Source: Octopus sinensis (Eukaryota). From it: a stretch of DNA of 64,000 bases. The stretch spans positions 89,776,001 through 89,840,000 of the forward strand of contig NC_042997.1 in NCBI RefSeq assembly GCF_006345805.1, read 5' to 3'. A program made the translations under genes and the position numbers. Numbering within the stretch: position 1 is the stretch's first letter; each line of letters begins with the position of its first letter. The notes beneath the pieces were generated by a model. The model was not told the origin of the DNA. It searched no databases and saw nothing but the letters and a program-made list of their open reading frames with translations. Shown here in pieces: positions 37,860 to 48,460 of the stretch.

Positions 37860-38914
37860 AGTGTATTTAATTAGGTGAAAGTTCTTTTTACCAGTTGCGC
37901 ATTTGTTATGCTTATCAAAAGATATTTTTTTAAGTGAGATAGAGTTCCTTTCTGATAGATTTTTTTCTCATCTGACTTTATGTTGGGTTTGCTGTCTCTT
38001 ATATGTGAAAAAAGAGGCTCCAGAGTTGTTTAAGATTTGCTTGGTTTCGTGCCTAAAATTTCTTGTGGACAATGGTCAATACAATTTTGATTGGTCATTA
38101 TAAAGGGGTCACGTGAATGTTTGAATGGGTGTTGGTGTTGGGGTAAGAAAATAGGCTCCAGAGATGTTAAAATTTGGCTAGTGTCGCGCCTAAAATTTCT
38201 TATTGGTCAGAATAAAGAGGTCACATGGATGTGGTCATAATAGAGAGGTCACATGAATGTTTAGAATGAATGTTGGTGTGGGTGGTGTATGGAGTTTTCG
38301 AAAATACCATTGTTGAAAATTCTTATTGTTCAGACTGGTCAGTAGACATCATGTGGATATTTTAAATAGCTTTTTAGGAGTGTAGTTAAGGAGTGTATTT
38401 TCCGCTTGACTGAATTTGAGCTGGATAAGTAAGTTCGTTTAGGACAGGAAGAGCTATATGTGTGTGTGTGTGTTTATATGTAGGGGCGCGTGTATATATG
38501 TGTGCGTGTGTGGGTACAATTTTCAATATTTATAGTTCTGCTGGCCTTGTGCCTGTATCGGGAAGCAACGTGTTTGTGTGAAGTCAATATTTACAGTCAT
38601 TTCCAAAAAATAGTGTTGGATGTTTTGCACCCGTATCAAATTATGTGTATGTGTGGAACCATATATTTGCGTGTGTCATGGTGTTAATATCTGGGTAAAA
38701 GTGTGTGTAGGGTGTGTGCAGGTGTAAGTGTGTTTGTTGTGGGTTTGTGTTAGGGGGATGTGTTTAGAAGTGGTCTGTATTTATTAATAAGGTGGGATTC
38801 CATGGTTATTCGCTGGGTATGAGTGGCATTGTCTTTAAATTTGTAGAGGGGAAAGATTCTAAAATTGGGATGAAGTTGTGCGGCACAGGTATCAATATGT
38901 GCACTAAGTGCTAT
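37860..38914 (-). mobile_element. Penelope-like element 3' fragment (C-terminus after GIY-YIG plus 3' region)
   Basis: Minus strand 38914-38750 reads IALSAHIDTCAAQLHPNFRIFPLYKFKDNATHTQRITMESHLINKYRPLLNTSP*, resembling the Penelope endonuclease C-terminus (..SxH...C....F.I.P.Y......R...E...I....P.LN). The downstream region carries a ~140-bp diverged tandem duplication (~38005-38290). Confidence 0.6.
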
Positions 38915-39030
38915 ATTTTAAAATATATATATATATATATACGTGTGATTGATTGATTGATTCTAGTTTCAGCTTATGAGCTGTGGCCATGCTGGGGCAC
39001 CGCCATTTGGTGTTGCTACTTGGTTTCACT

Positions 39031-42000
39031 TCACGAAAGCTTTCTAGCAACTGCCATTTGGTGCATGAGAGAGTTCGATGCAGCTGCCCTCATCTGCCCC
39101 TCCTGCCGTGAAGTTGGTTCATCTGGGACACCTGACAGGAAGAGATCCAGCTTCATTTTAAAGACATCTGCATCCACCCCATGCAGGTCTCTCAGGTTCT
39201 TCGGGAGGATATTGAAGAGCTGTGGGCCTCGGAAGCCCAGGCTATCACAGAATCTTGTCCTACATCTTGATGGCAAGTTTGGAGTCCTAGGCACCACGCA
39301 GTGGCGCCCAGTTCTGGCATTTGCGTAACTCTCGATGCCAATGTTCAGGACACTTCCCTCCAGGATCTTCCAGATGTATATTATGGCATATCTTTCCCGC
39401 CTACGCTCCAGGGAATATAGTTTTAATCTCTTGAGTCTTTCCCAGTAGCTTACATTCTGCATAGAGGTTATCTTCTTCGTGTAGCTACGTTGGATCGCCT
39501 CGAGCTCTGTGATCAACTTGACACTGGATGGTGACCATAACTGAGAGCAGTAGTCAAAGTGGCTTAGGACAAGTGTCCTCCAGAGGACCATCATGGTTTC
39601 TTGTTCTCTTGTTCTAAAGGTTCTGAGGATCCATCCGGCCAGTCGTCTACATTTCATTGCCAATTTAGCAACATGTACACGAAAGGTCGCGTCATCACTC
39701 ATGTAAATACCTAGGTCACGCACTGATTGTGCCTCTGGGATTGCTATTCCTCCGGGTCCAGTGTATTCATTGGGTATTGCATTTAGTTTTGCATGCTGAT
39801 AGTATAGAGCTTGAAACTTTTCAGCATTGAACTGCATGCTATTCTTTTCGGCCCACTTGTATATTTTGTCTAGCTCACATTGCAGGTGTTTAGTGTCCTC
39901 AGGGTTCTGTATTGCCTGTGAAACTTTTGTATCATCTGCATAACTTGTGATCGTGGCTCTCTGCGTGGCTGAGGGCATGTCTGAGAGGGCCATTATGAAC
40001 AGTAGTGGTCCCAGAACAGTGCCCTGCGGAACACCGCTCACTATTTGTGTGTTAATGGAAGTGGCCCCATTGGCCACTACCACCTGACTTCTATCTTTCA
40101 GGAAGTCATGAAGCCATTCTCCCAGTTTTCCAACTATGTTGAGATCACGCAGTTTGTGACATATCATTCCATGATCGACTTTATCAAAGGCCTTTGCAAA
40201 GTCGAGATATATCACTTCCACATTTGAGTGGTTGAGCATCCGTTTCAGCACCCAGTCATAGTGTTGTAGGAGCTGAGTTAAACAGCTTCTCCCTGGTCGG
40301 AAACCATGTTGGGTGTCGGGCAGCAAGTCATTCTCTTCAAGGAAGGTGATCAGCTTCCTTCTGACTATTCGTTCCATGACCTTGCTGATGTGTGAGGTCA
40401 GAGAGATAGGTCTATAGTTCTTGGCTTCCGCTCTGCTACCTCCTTTATGAATGGGGCATATTTTACCTTCCTTCAGTTTTCTTGGGAGTTTGCCAGCTGC
40501 AAGGAAGCTCTGAAAGAGGAACTGCAGTGGTCTTGCTAGGACTCTCTTACATGCTTTTAGGAGGATTGCCGGGAATCCATCGGGGCCAGTAGCTGAGTCT
40601 GTTTTCATTTTATCTATAGCCTTGATTACATCGTCTTCCTTTATATCAATGTAATCTATCGTCGCCGCCTCTGATTTTATATCTGCAGTGGTAAAAAAGT
40701 CAGTTGGATTGCTGATTTGGAGATGCCCAAGGGGTGGAGTGAAAACACTCTTGAATTGCTCATTCAGTATTTCACTTACCCTCATTGGTTTTCCTGTAAG
40801 TGTGCCATCCTTTTCGAGGAGTGGCCCTATTCTACAGTGCACCGTAGCTGTTTCTTTGGCATACCTGTAGAAAGCTCTGGGGTTAGATTTTATGTTGTCT
40901 ATAGCCCAGGCTTCTTTGTCTGCTCTTTCCTTTTCATGGGAGAGTTGCAGACATTTTTCGATTTCCAACAGTTTTATTTTTAGGCGGGACTTTTCACTGC
41001 TTTCAATCTGTTTGTTTAGGCGATTTGAAAATTTTGTACGCCGTCTCATTAAAATTTTCCTCTCTCTGGGGATTTTGTTCTTGTGTACAGTGGCCTTTCT
41101 CTCTGGGACACATTTGTAGCATATGGCTTGCATTACAGACATGAATTGTTGAAGTTTCACGTCGATGTCTGGCGAGGAGAGACATTTAGGCCAGTTTTGT
41201 TTGAGGATCTCTTTCTCAATTTGTTTCCAGTTTGCCTTATGGTAGTTCAAGCTGGAAAGATTCTGAGGGTTTCTTGTAGGATGCATGTCCGTGCTCTCTT
41301 TTGGCCCGTACATGGTCAGCTCTATCATGTTGTGATCCGAGAGTAGTGTCGGTGTCACTTTCACATTATGGATGAGATCCATGTCATTTGTGAAGCAGAG
41401 ATCCAGTGTGTTACCTGCCCTGGTTGGTTGGAGTATTACCTGCTCCATGTACAGGGTGTTGATGAGGTTCAGGAGGGACCTCGCCTGTCCTCGTTCACAT
41501 CTTGTCATTCCTGGGAGAGAAAGGCCCTCGGGCCATCTGACATTGGGCAGATTGAAGTCTCCCATAAGAAGTACACTTATGTGTTGTTCTAATGTGGTTA
41601 GAACTTCTTCTATTTTTATAAGGCAGTCTTCAAACTTGCCCACATGGCTTGGGGCATCTGGAGGGCGATATGTAGCACACACAACTACATCAAGTTGCCT
41701 AATATGTACAATTAGTGTGTCACACACCGAGTTTGAGTATGACAAGAGGACCTGGGGTGTGAGGTCCTCACGGATGTACATAGCAACACCTCCATGACTC
41801 CTTTCTTTCCTGTCGGTCCATAGTACAGCATACTGTGGTATGTGTAACTCCGCATCTGCTATATCCGGTTTCAGGTGCGTTTCCGTAAGTGCTATGCATA
41901 AGGCTTGATTGCATGCAACAAAGTCTCTCAGGAACGGGATTTTTGTCCTGTTACTGAGTGTTTGCAGTCCTCTGATGTTCAGTAGGAGCATCGAGGTGAG

Positions 42001-42135
42001 GTGTACGTTGTTGCCGGTGGTGTCCATCCTGGGTCTGTTTGCTGTGGTGGTCTGGTATATAGTGGGTAGTCCCACCTGCGGGCTTGGGTTTGATGAAGCC
42101 AGGTCAGCTGCTGTACAATCTTTTGTGCCATGCAC
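39031..42135 (-). CDS. LINE ORF2: APE-type endonuclease + reverse transcriptase (probable start at Met 42027, MDTTGNN...)
   Basis: Uninterrupted 1034 codons. APE motifs: LLLNIRGL, IALTETHL, YRPP, MGDFNLP, TLDLCFT, SDHNMI. RT motifs: KGGSRAEAKNYRPISLTS, QHGFRPGRSC, YLDFAKAFDKVDH, GVPQGTVLGPLLF, YADD, VRDLG. CR1-type C-terminus: YSLERRRER, GPQLFNILP. Confidence 0.93.
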   Translation of the reverse strand: MHGTKDCTAADLASSNPSPQVGLPTIYQTTTANRPRMDTTGNNVHLTSMLLLNIRGLQTLSNRTKIPFLRDFVACNQALCIALTETHLKPDIADAELHIPQYAVLWTDRKERSHGGVAMYIREDLTPQVLLSYSNSVCDTLIVHIRQLDVVVCATYRPPDAPSHVGKFEDCLIKIEEVLTTLEQHISVLLMGDFNLPNVRWPEGLSLPGMTRCERGQARSLLNLINTLYMEQVILQPTRAGNTLDLCFTNDMDLIHNVKVTPTLLSDHNMIELTMYGPKESTDMHPTRNPQNLSSLNYHKANWKQIEKEILKQNWPKCLSSPDIDVKLQQFMSVMQAICYKCVPERKATVHKNKIPRERKILMRRRTKFSNRLNKQIESSEKSRLKIKLLEIEKCLQLSHEKERADKEAWAIDNIKSNPRAFYRYAKETATVHCRIGPLLEKDGTLTGKPMRVSEILNEQFKSVFTPPLGHLQISNPTDFFTTADIKSEAATIDYIDIKEDDVIKAIDKMKTDSATGPDGFPAILLKACKRVLARPLQFLFQSFLAAGKLPRKLKEGKICPIHKGGSRAEAKNYRPISLTSHISKVMERIVRRKLITFLEENDLLPDTQHGFRPGRSCLTQLLQHYDWVLKRMLNHSNVEVIYLDFAKAFDKVDHGMICHKLRDLNIVGKLGEWLHDFLKDRSQVVVANGATSINTQIVSGVPQGTVLGPLLFIMALSDMPSATQRATITSYADDTKVSQAIQNPEDTKHLQCELDKIYKWAEKNSMQFNAEKFQALYYQHAKLNAIPNEYTGPGGIAIPEAQSVRDLGIYMSDDATFRVHVAKLAMKCRRLAGWILRTFRTREQETMMVLWRTLVLSHFDYCSQLWSPSSVKLITELEAIQRSYTKKITSMQNVSYWERLKRLKLYSLERRRERYAIIYIWKILEGSVLNIGIESYANARTGRHCVVPRTPNLPSRCRTRFCDSLGFRGPQLFNILPKNLRDLHGVDADVFKMKLDLFLSGVPDEPTSRQEGQMRAAASNSLMHQMAVARKLS

Positions 42136-42518
42136 AAAAAAGATTGTTGCTCAGCAGCTGCTCTTTCGACAACATCATGTTGGTGGTTTGTGGCACGCAC
42201 AACATCTGCGTACCTCCGCTTTGGGGCAAGTGGTGCGTGGTCCATCCCTTTTCCTTGTGTTGATGGTTTGTCCATCTGCCTCGTGTCTCTGTGGCAGGGT
42301 CCCCGATGTGCAAAGCGGCAGCCTGCACCTTCCTTTCCATGCCAGCAGGAACCTCTCAGGTAGAACCTGCACACCCGTGTGCGCTGTTTGTTTCCATCTT
42401 TTGCGGTTCCACTTCTATTCCTGGTTTTTTCACCCTTTGGTCCTGCTTGAGCTTTTCCTTTAGCTCTTCCAGTCCTTCTTTTAGTTCTTCCTCCTCCCTC
42501 TACCTCTTCACCGGGTTC
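41979..42518 (-). CDS. LINE ORF1-like frame with basic Gly/Lys/Arg region and CCCH zinc finger, interrupted upstream by one TGA
   Basis: Frame is open 42518-41979: EPGEEVEGGGRTKRRTGRAKGK...RVCRFYLRGSCWHGKEGAGCRFAH (C-x7-C-x8-C-x3-H). It overlaps the ORF2 start in a different frame. Confidence 0.65.
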   Translation of the reverse strand, partial: EPGEEVEGGGRTKRRTGRAKGKAQAGPKGEKTRNRSGTAKDGNKQRTRVCRFYLRGSCWHGKEGAGCRFAHRGPCHRDTRQMDKPSTQGKGMDHAPLAPKRRYADVVRATNHQHDVVERAAAEQQSFLCMAQKIVQQLTWLHQTQARRWDYPLYTRPPQQTDPGWTPPATTYTSPRCSY

Positions 42519-43479
42519 TCAGTCTCCATGGCCCTTGCTGCCGGTTGGAGAACTATACACCTGTTTGTTGTTTACACACCTGTCTTCGTCTTTTGTTTTT
42601 TTGTAAATTCCAACTATATATGTCATTGGAGAGATCAAAAGCAAGGCCAAAATCAGTGGGATTTAGTGTCTGACTGTAAAGGAACTCCATTAAATCCAGC
42701 CAAATGCTTCATTCAGCTCACTACTGTTCCTGGCTGTTCTTTTCCAATTCCTCACATTTCCCAATATTCAGCTGGAAACATTGAGTTACCCAAATTAAAT
42801 GTGAGATATAATAACTACTTTGATTTCTTTCAGAACCCCCCCCCCCCCCAACAAAAAACAAAAGAAAATAGCATTATGCTTGAAATTGTTTTTCTTAAAA
42901 ATGGGTTTAGTTGAGGAGAGGTATTGTCTTTGATTGTTACAGAAATTTCGAGACTAAGATTGATCCTCTTGGTATTCAGTAGGGCAGTGATAAATTGTTG
43001 ACAAATTAATCTCCACTTCAAACTACCTCATTAACATCACACAGTTAACTGAACTGATTTGCATATCTCACTTACCAACTTTCTATATTCTGGCAGTTAA
43101 AAAATAAAAAAAAAATGTTTTTATGCTACAGTTGATAATTCTTTATCTAAAATGCTTGGAATATTTCAAACTTCAAAATGCTTGAATATTAATAGTTTAT
43201 TCCCATGCTGTGAGGGAAGATTTGTATAAATTTGATACTGGTCCTGTTTCACATGACATGTAACAGTTTTACTTTGGGAATGTTTTGGTTTTTACAAAAA
43301 AAAAAAAAAAAAAAAAAATCTGACTTATTACACTTTGACTTCAACTTTTTCCACACGAAACAGTTCTATGTCACTCTAGCTGTTTACAATTTTTTAAGCT
43401 ATCTCACACTCTCACAATACAATTCTATTTTACCTTAAGCTTTTCAAGTGCTTTCTGGAATTTTTCTATATGTAACTGA

Positions 43480-43830
43480 GGTTGCTGTGTGGTTAAAAAG
43501 TTCACTTGGTAGCCATGTGGTTTTGGGTTCAGTTTTGGGTGAGTGTCTTCTGTTACAGTCCCAGACTGACCAATTCCTTGTGAGTAAATTTAGTAGACAG
43601 AAACTGTGTGGAAGTCCATGACACACACACATGAATTGTGTGTAGGTGTGTTTGTGTTTGTTTCCTTCCCCATTCCTTCATTTGTTTATGAGTAACTAGC
43701 AGTTCAGCAAAAGAGACTGATAGAATAAGTACCAGTCTTAAAAAGTAACTACTAGGGTTGGTCTGATTGACTAAACTGTTCAAGGCAGGGCCCCAGCATG
43801 GCCAAGATCCAGTGACTGTCTAGTAAAAAG
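43480..43830 (+). mobile_element. SINE family B
   Basis: Consensus match with tail aaggcagggccccagcatggcc. Confidence 0.7.
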
Positions 43831-43899
43831 ATAAAATATCATTTTTGCTTTCCTGTAATTTCCACAGATTTTATCTTAACAACTAAACAACAACAGTAG

Positions 43900-44040
43900 C
43901 TCTATGTGTTATGCTGTGTGTTGATTTGATATGAACACTGTGTATCATTCACAACATCTGTGCTGTGGGTCATTTGTAACACCTATATCATGTGTCATTT
44001 GCGATATCTACGCTGTGTGCTATATGTGACATGTATGTTG
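43900..44040. repeat. Degenerate ~25-bp minisatellite
   Basis: Units like tgctgtgtgtcatttgtaacatcta. Confidence 0.55.
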
Positions 44041-44574
44041 TGTGTCATTTGTGCGCTCGCCAATGTGTGACATTTAAGAAACCAGTTTCAGTACTCTCAG
44101 TGGTGTCATTATTGTGTGCTATCTGTAACATGAACAATGCAAGCTGTCTGGAAAATGATTTCTATATGCTTAGACTTTATAACCTCAACCATTGTCTATG
44201 ATGAAATAATCCTTTAAAACTATTCCATTCTTCTCCCATCATGCTGGTGAATTAAAGTTTATCCTTTGCATTATGTATATTTGCTGCCTGTTAGAGTCTA
44301 CTTACTAAATGATTGACAATTAGATGTGGCACTTCAGGAAAGTAACACTCTATTCCACTACACATATACAATCTTGCTTTGGTTGCACACATGCACACAT
44401 ACTCACCACACACGGTATATTAGTCCTATGTACTCATGTTCCAGCTGCTTACAAAATGTTGACTATAATTACATATGCTCCAGTTCACATATCTGTACAG
44501 TTTTGTTTTGAAATGCATATTTGGACTGGCTTAAACTAATGCATAGACAAAGCAGCTGCTTAGAAAATTAATAA

Positions 44575-45265
44575 TGGTTTCAAATTTTCACACAGAACCA
44601 GCAAGGTTCAGGGGAGGGGGTATGTCAATTACATTGATCTCCAGTATTCAACTGCTATTTCTTTTATCAACCTTGAAAGGATGAAAAGCAAAGTTGTCCT
44701 CAGCTGAGTTTGAACTCAAAACGTAAAGACAGACGAAATACTGCTAAGCATTTTGTCTAATACTATAATGATTTTGCTAGCTCCACTGCCTTAGAATAAT
44801 AATAATAATGATTTCAAATATTTGCACAAGGCCAACAATTTCAGGGAAGGGGTAAGTCAATTTTATCGCTCACCACCACTCCTGCTCAACTGGTACTTAT
44901 TTTATTGTCTTCAAAAGATGAAAAGCAAAGTCGACTTCGGCAGAATTTGAACTCAGGACATGAAGACAAACGAAATGCCACTTAGCATTTTGCCTGGCAT
45001 GCTAACAATTCTGCTAGCTTGCCACCTTAGAATAGTAATAAAATTAATAATAGTTTCAAATTTTGCCACAAGGTCAGCCATTTTGAAGGAGGGGATGTGT
45101 TGATTACATTGACCTCAGTGCTCAACTAGTACTTAATTTATCAACCCTGAAAGGATGAAAGGCAAAGTCAACCTCAGATGAATTTGAACTCAGAACATAG
45201 TGACAGACGAAATACCACTAAGCATTTCATCCATTGTGCTAATGATCCTGTCAGCTGACCACCTT
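44575..45265 (-). mobile_element. Three head-to-tail SINE family A copies
   Basis: Three ~220-bp units, each starting (a)aatggtttcaaatttt-like, separated by AAT-rich linkers. Confidence 0.8.
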
Positions 45266-45544
45266 TCTTCTGTTTCCAGGTTTCATGTGTTTCTATTTAA
45301 CAAAGAAAAGATAAAAAACACAGCAAATATCTGCTGATTATCTGTAATCTCTAAACTGAGATAAGGGACATATACTCTTTTATTATGATCTGTCATTGTA
45401 ACACCACAATGTATGCTATTTATTTACATTCGTATTGGTATTTTATCATTGTAATAATCTATCATGAGGTTTTCCTTTCTTCCTGGTGTAAAAAATTGTG
45501 CTTATCGAAGTTAAATGCACATTCAGAATGTAATCTTTTATCTT

Positions 45545-45860
45545 TTACCTGTTTCAGTCGTTTGACTGTGGCCATGCTAGGGTACCACTTAGAAGGGTTT
45601 TTTAGACAAATGAATTAATACCAGGATTTGTTTTTTATTTAAGTCTAGAACTTATTCTATTGGTCTCTTTTGATGAACTGCTAAGTTGCAGGGATGTAAA
45701 CACATCAGTGCTGGTTGTCAATTAGTAGTGGCATTGAACACAGACACAAAGCTTTGGTCAGCCCAAGGCTATAGTAGAAGACACTTGCCTATGCAGTGGG
45801 ACTGAACCTGGAACCATGTGGTTGGGAAGCAAGCTTCTTACCACACAGCCACACATGTGC
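45545..45860 (-). mobile_element. SINE family B
   Basis: Reverse-complement match; tail stem-loop CAGTC-AAAC-GACTG intact (45555-45568). Confidence 0.7.
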
Positions 45861-47234
45861 CTATAATGTGTAATTATTATTTTTTTTTGCATTACTGGCT
45901 GTCTGTTAAAAAGAAACCATAACGTCACTTGCTCTCAGATTTCTTCTATGCAAACTTCTTTATAACTCTGACAATATTTTGAGAAACATAATATATCCTG
46001 ACTTTATCATCAGAGTTTTAATGATAGCTTTATATATTTGTGCACTTTCTAGTTTACCTGAATAGGACATTTACAATATAGTCATATTATTACTATGGTA
46101 TAACTGATGTAGAATATGTTACCATTATTGTACAATATTAATTCTTTCATAAAGTACAAATAGCTCTTACAGCTTCAGTTTTCTGCACTTGGTTTGGCTT
46201 TCTCTTCAGAACCTATAACTATAAATAGTCTTAGGAACTGATTCTGGATAAAAAACAAAAAAAAGTGGGGGTGGGGGAGAGAGAGAGAAAATAAAAAAGA
46301 GCTCTGCAATGGAGTGCTTTTTTCATATTTGGTACACCTTTTAGCACTTTTTTTTTCTTTTATCATGCTGGTATGTAAGCTTAGAAACAGCAACCAAACT
46401 TCTTTCAGTTCAATTGTACCATCTCAATGCATGTACCCAGCACTACATTATTTTGGATACACATCATAAATAGGACAGTCATTCTTGAAGTCCTTTGATC
46501 ATATGTTTACTCAACTAGGGTTAACCAACAATAAAAATACTAACAGATTGGTGTTTTAGATTTCATTCAGAGTAGAGCCAGCTATCTGAACACTGTACAC
46601 TCTTCTAATGGGAAACCTGATATAACTTGGTCCATTGATAAGACCACTTTTTCCACTATCAAAATGGTTTCTATTCTTACAAAACTTACTAGCTGTACTC
46701 TAACCCCCATCCAGACTAACTTGTTGCATTCACCTGCCAGCTTTATATCTCTCATACCCTGACTTGCTCTCTAAATCTTGTGATAAATGCTATCTACAAT
46801 CCATTTTAGGACCATTGTCATTTGGAACAGTTTCCTTTTTATAAAGCAGCTCAATTTCTCACTCTTCAGTCTTCACAATAACTGCATTGATTTTTAGTCT
46901 TGCCAGCTATTTAATCCAAGAAACTTCCCTTGAGTAAGTAGACAATAGCCACCAAACTGCCTGTTCCGGGCAATAGACAGTATCCTTCTGCAGTGATTAA
47001 ATGAAAGAACTATAATTTTTTTTTTTTTATTTTCAAAGGAACACTGCATAATATCTGCAATAGGATACAAACATACCTGTTTTGCGATATGCATATTTAG
47101 AATTGTATTTAAAACAGAAATTCAGATGCTAACTCCATCCCAACTTGGTCATAGCTACTTCCATAGTAAAAGTATGTAGGAGCTTTGTTGCATACTAAAT
47201 AGAATTTAACTCTGCTGGACCTCCATAGCCATTC

Positions 47235-47239
<5 letters not shown>

Positions 47240-47284
<45 letters not shown>
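47240..47284. repeat. (TA)n microsatellite
   Basis: Directly visible. Confidence 0.95.
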
Positions 47285-47287
<3 letters not shown>

Positions 47288-47818
47288 TTAGCAATTAAGG
47301 ACAACTACTTAATAAGGAAAACTTAACAAGAAATTGTCAGGTAGATGTTCTATATATATATTTATATAATCATACTGTATTTTTATAATTAAATATTATT
47401 AGGAATTGTATAAAAAAATAAAAATATTGTGTGAATTGTAGAAGTAAAAGCAATTTATTGCACATAAATTTTAAAAACAAAATCTTATATATGGAACCCG
47501 TTTGAAAATCACTGACCTAAACTCTGTGATGACACTTCACGTCAGGTAACTGGTCAGTGCTTCACCAGATCTATGCTAGTTATCTCTGTGCTTCAATTCT
47601 GCTTTACTCTTTGATCATATCTGTTCCTGCATCAAGGACTTATATCTCTCCTCACTTTGATGTAATTTTCCTTGGTAAGTTCACTGCTGCAACTCTTCTT
47701 GTTTTTCACATCCCATATCAATGCTGCCATTGCTAAAATCACATCTTTCATCATCATCAACTCTCCTCATTAATTACTTAAGAGTCAATAGTATAGGAGT
47801 CTGAAACAATCCTCTTAA

Positions 47819-48229
47819 CATTTTAGCATTCAGAATACTCTATCAAATGTAATTTTTATTTATTCACATTGTTTTGAATTAATTGTGCATTATCTCATAG
47901 CTTCAAGATTTCAGGGATGCTATAGTTTATTTTTAGAATGACATAGTATGGTAAGTATGAGAGGCCAGATCTGGCTACTTTAAACATAAACACAAACAGA
48001 GAATATTTGGTTTAACCCATTAGTATTTAAACTGACCATGTCTGGCCAAATATTCTGTTTTATGTACAGACTGACCATATTCAACTTCTCACACCTACCC
48101 TACAATGTCATACTAAAAACAAAAAACACATCATTGAAATCTAGAAGCTATGGGATAATGCATGATTAATTCAAAACAAAGGAAATACATAAGGATTACA
48201 TTTAACAGAATAATCTGAATGCAAAAGAA
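47819..48229. mobile_element. Two family-1 piggyBac-like MITEs in inverted orientation
   Basis: Forward copy ~47819-48010, then a reverse copy ~48016-48229 (ttaa|cccattagtatttaaactgacc...tctgaatgcaaaagaa|ttaa). Confidence 0.6.
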
Positions 48230-48249
48230 TTAAGAGATAAAGAGTTAAG

Positions 48250-48460
48250 CATGACCCTTTACATCCTACACATTGCCAAAACAGAATGTCCCAAATCCTT
48301 CAGATGTACTGCAGGATTTCAGTCAAAGATTTGCCAGCCTCTTCAGTCCCAGAAAATATTTCAGTCTCCAACAACTACTAATGTTCTTCAAAACTCAGAC
48401 GAGATCCATAGTGGTGCTCTGCTCCCACATTTGAACAGTGCTGCTACTACTTATAAAGTA
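48250..48460 (+). mobile_element. L2-like LINE remnant
   Basis: RKYFSLQQLLMFFKTQTRSIVVLCSHI* (cf. ..LL.LYK.QVRP.MEYCSHIW). Confidence 0.5.

Larger units (their letters stand above)
38947..42630 (-). mobile_element. CR1-group (CR1/L2/Jockey superfamily) non-LTR retrotransposon, near full length, with (AATC)n 3' tail
   Basis: ORF1-like frame, 1034-aa APE+RT ORF and short 3' UTR ending in (AATC)x4 (plus strand GATT x4, 38947-38962), abutting a (TA)n tract. GC content is visibly higher than the flanks. The 5' boundary is uncertain. Confidence 0.9.

Noticed and set aside
37940-37978. Possible hammerhead ribozyme in the Penelope 3' region (minus strand CAGATGAG...GAAA)
   Set aside because: The core is mismatched (CAGATGA rather than CTGATGA) and stem II cannot pair; not supportable without a covariance-model search.
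40045-41797. Several 60-141 aa ORFs inside the LINE
   Set aside because: Alternative or antisense frames of ORF2.
41909-42914. Plus-strand ORFs of 184 aa and 207 aa
   Set aside because: Antisense shadows of the GC-rich LINE ORF1/ORF2 region; low-complexity Ser/Phe content and no recognisable domain.
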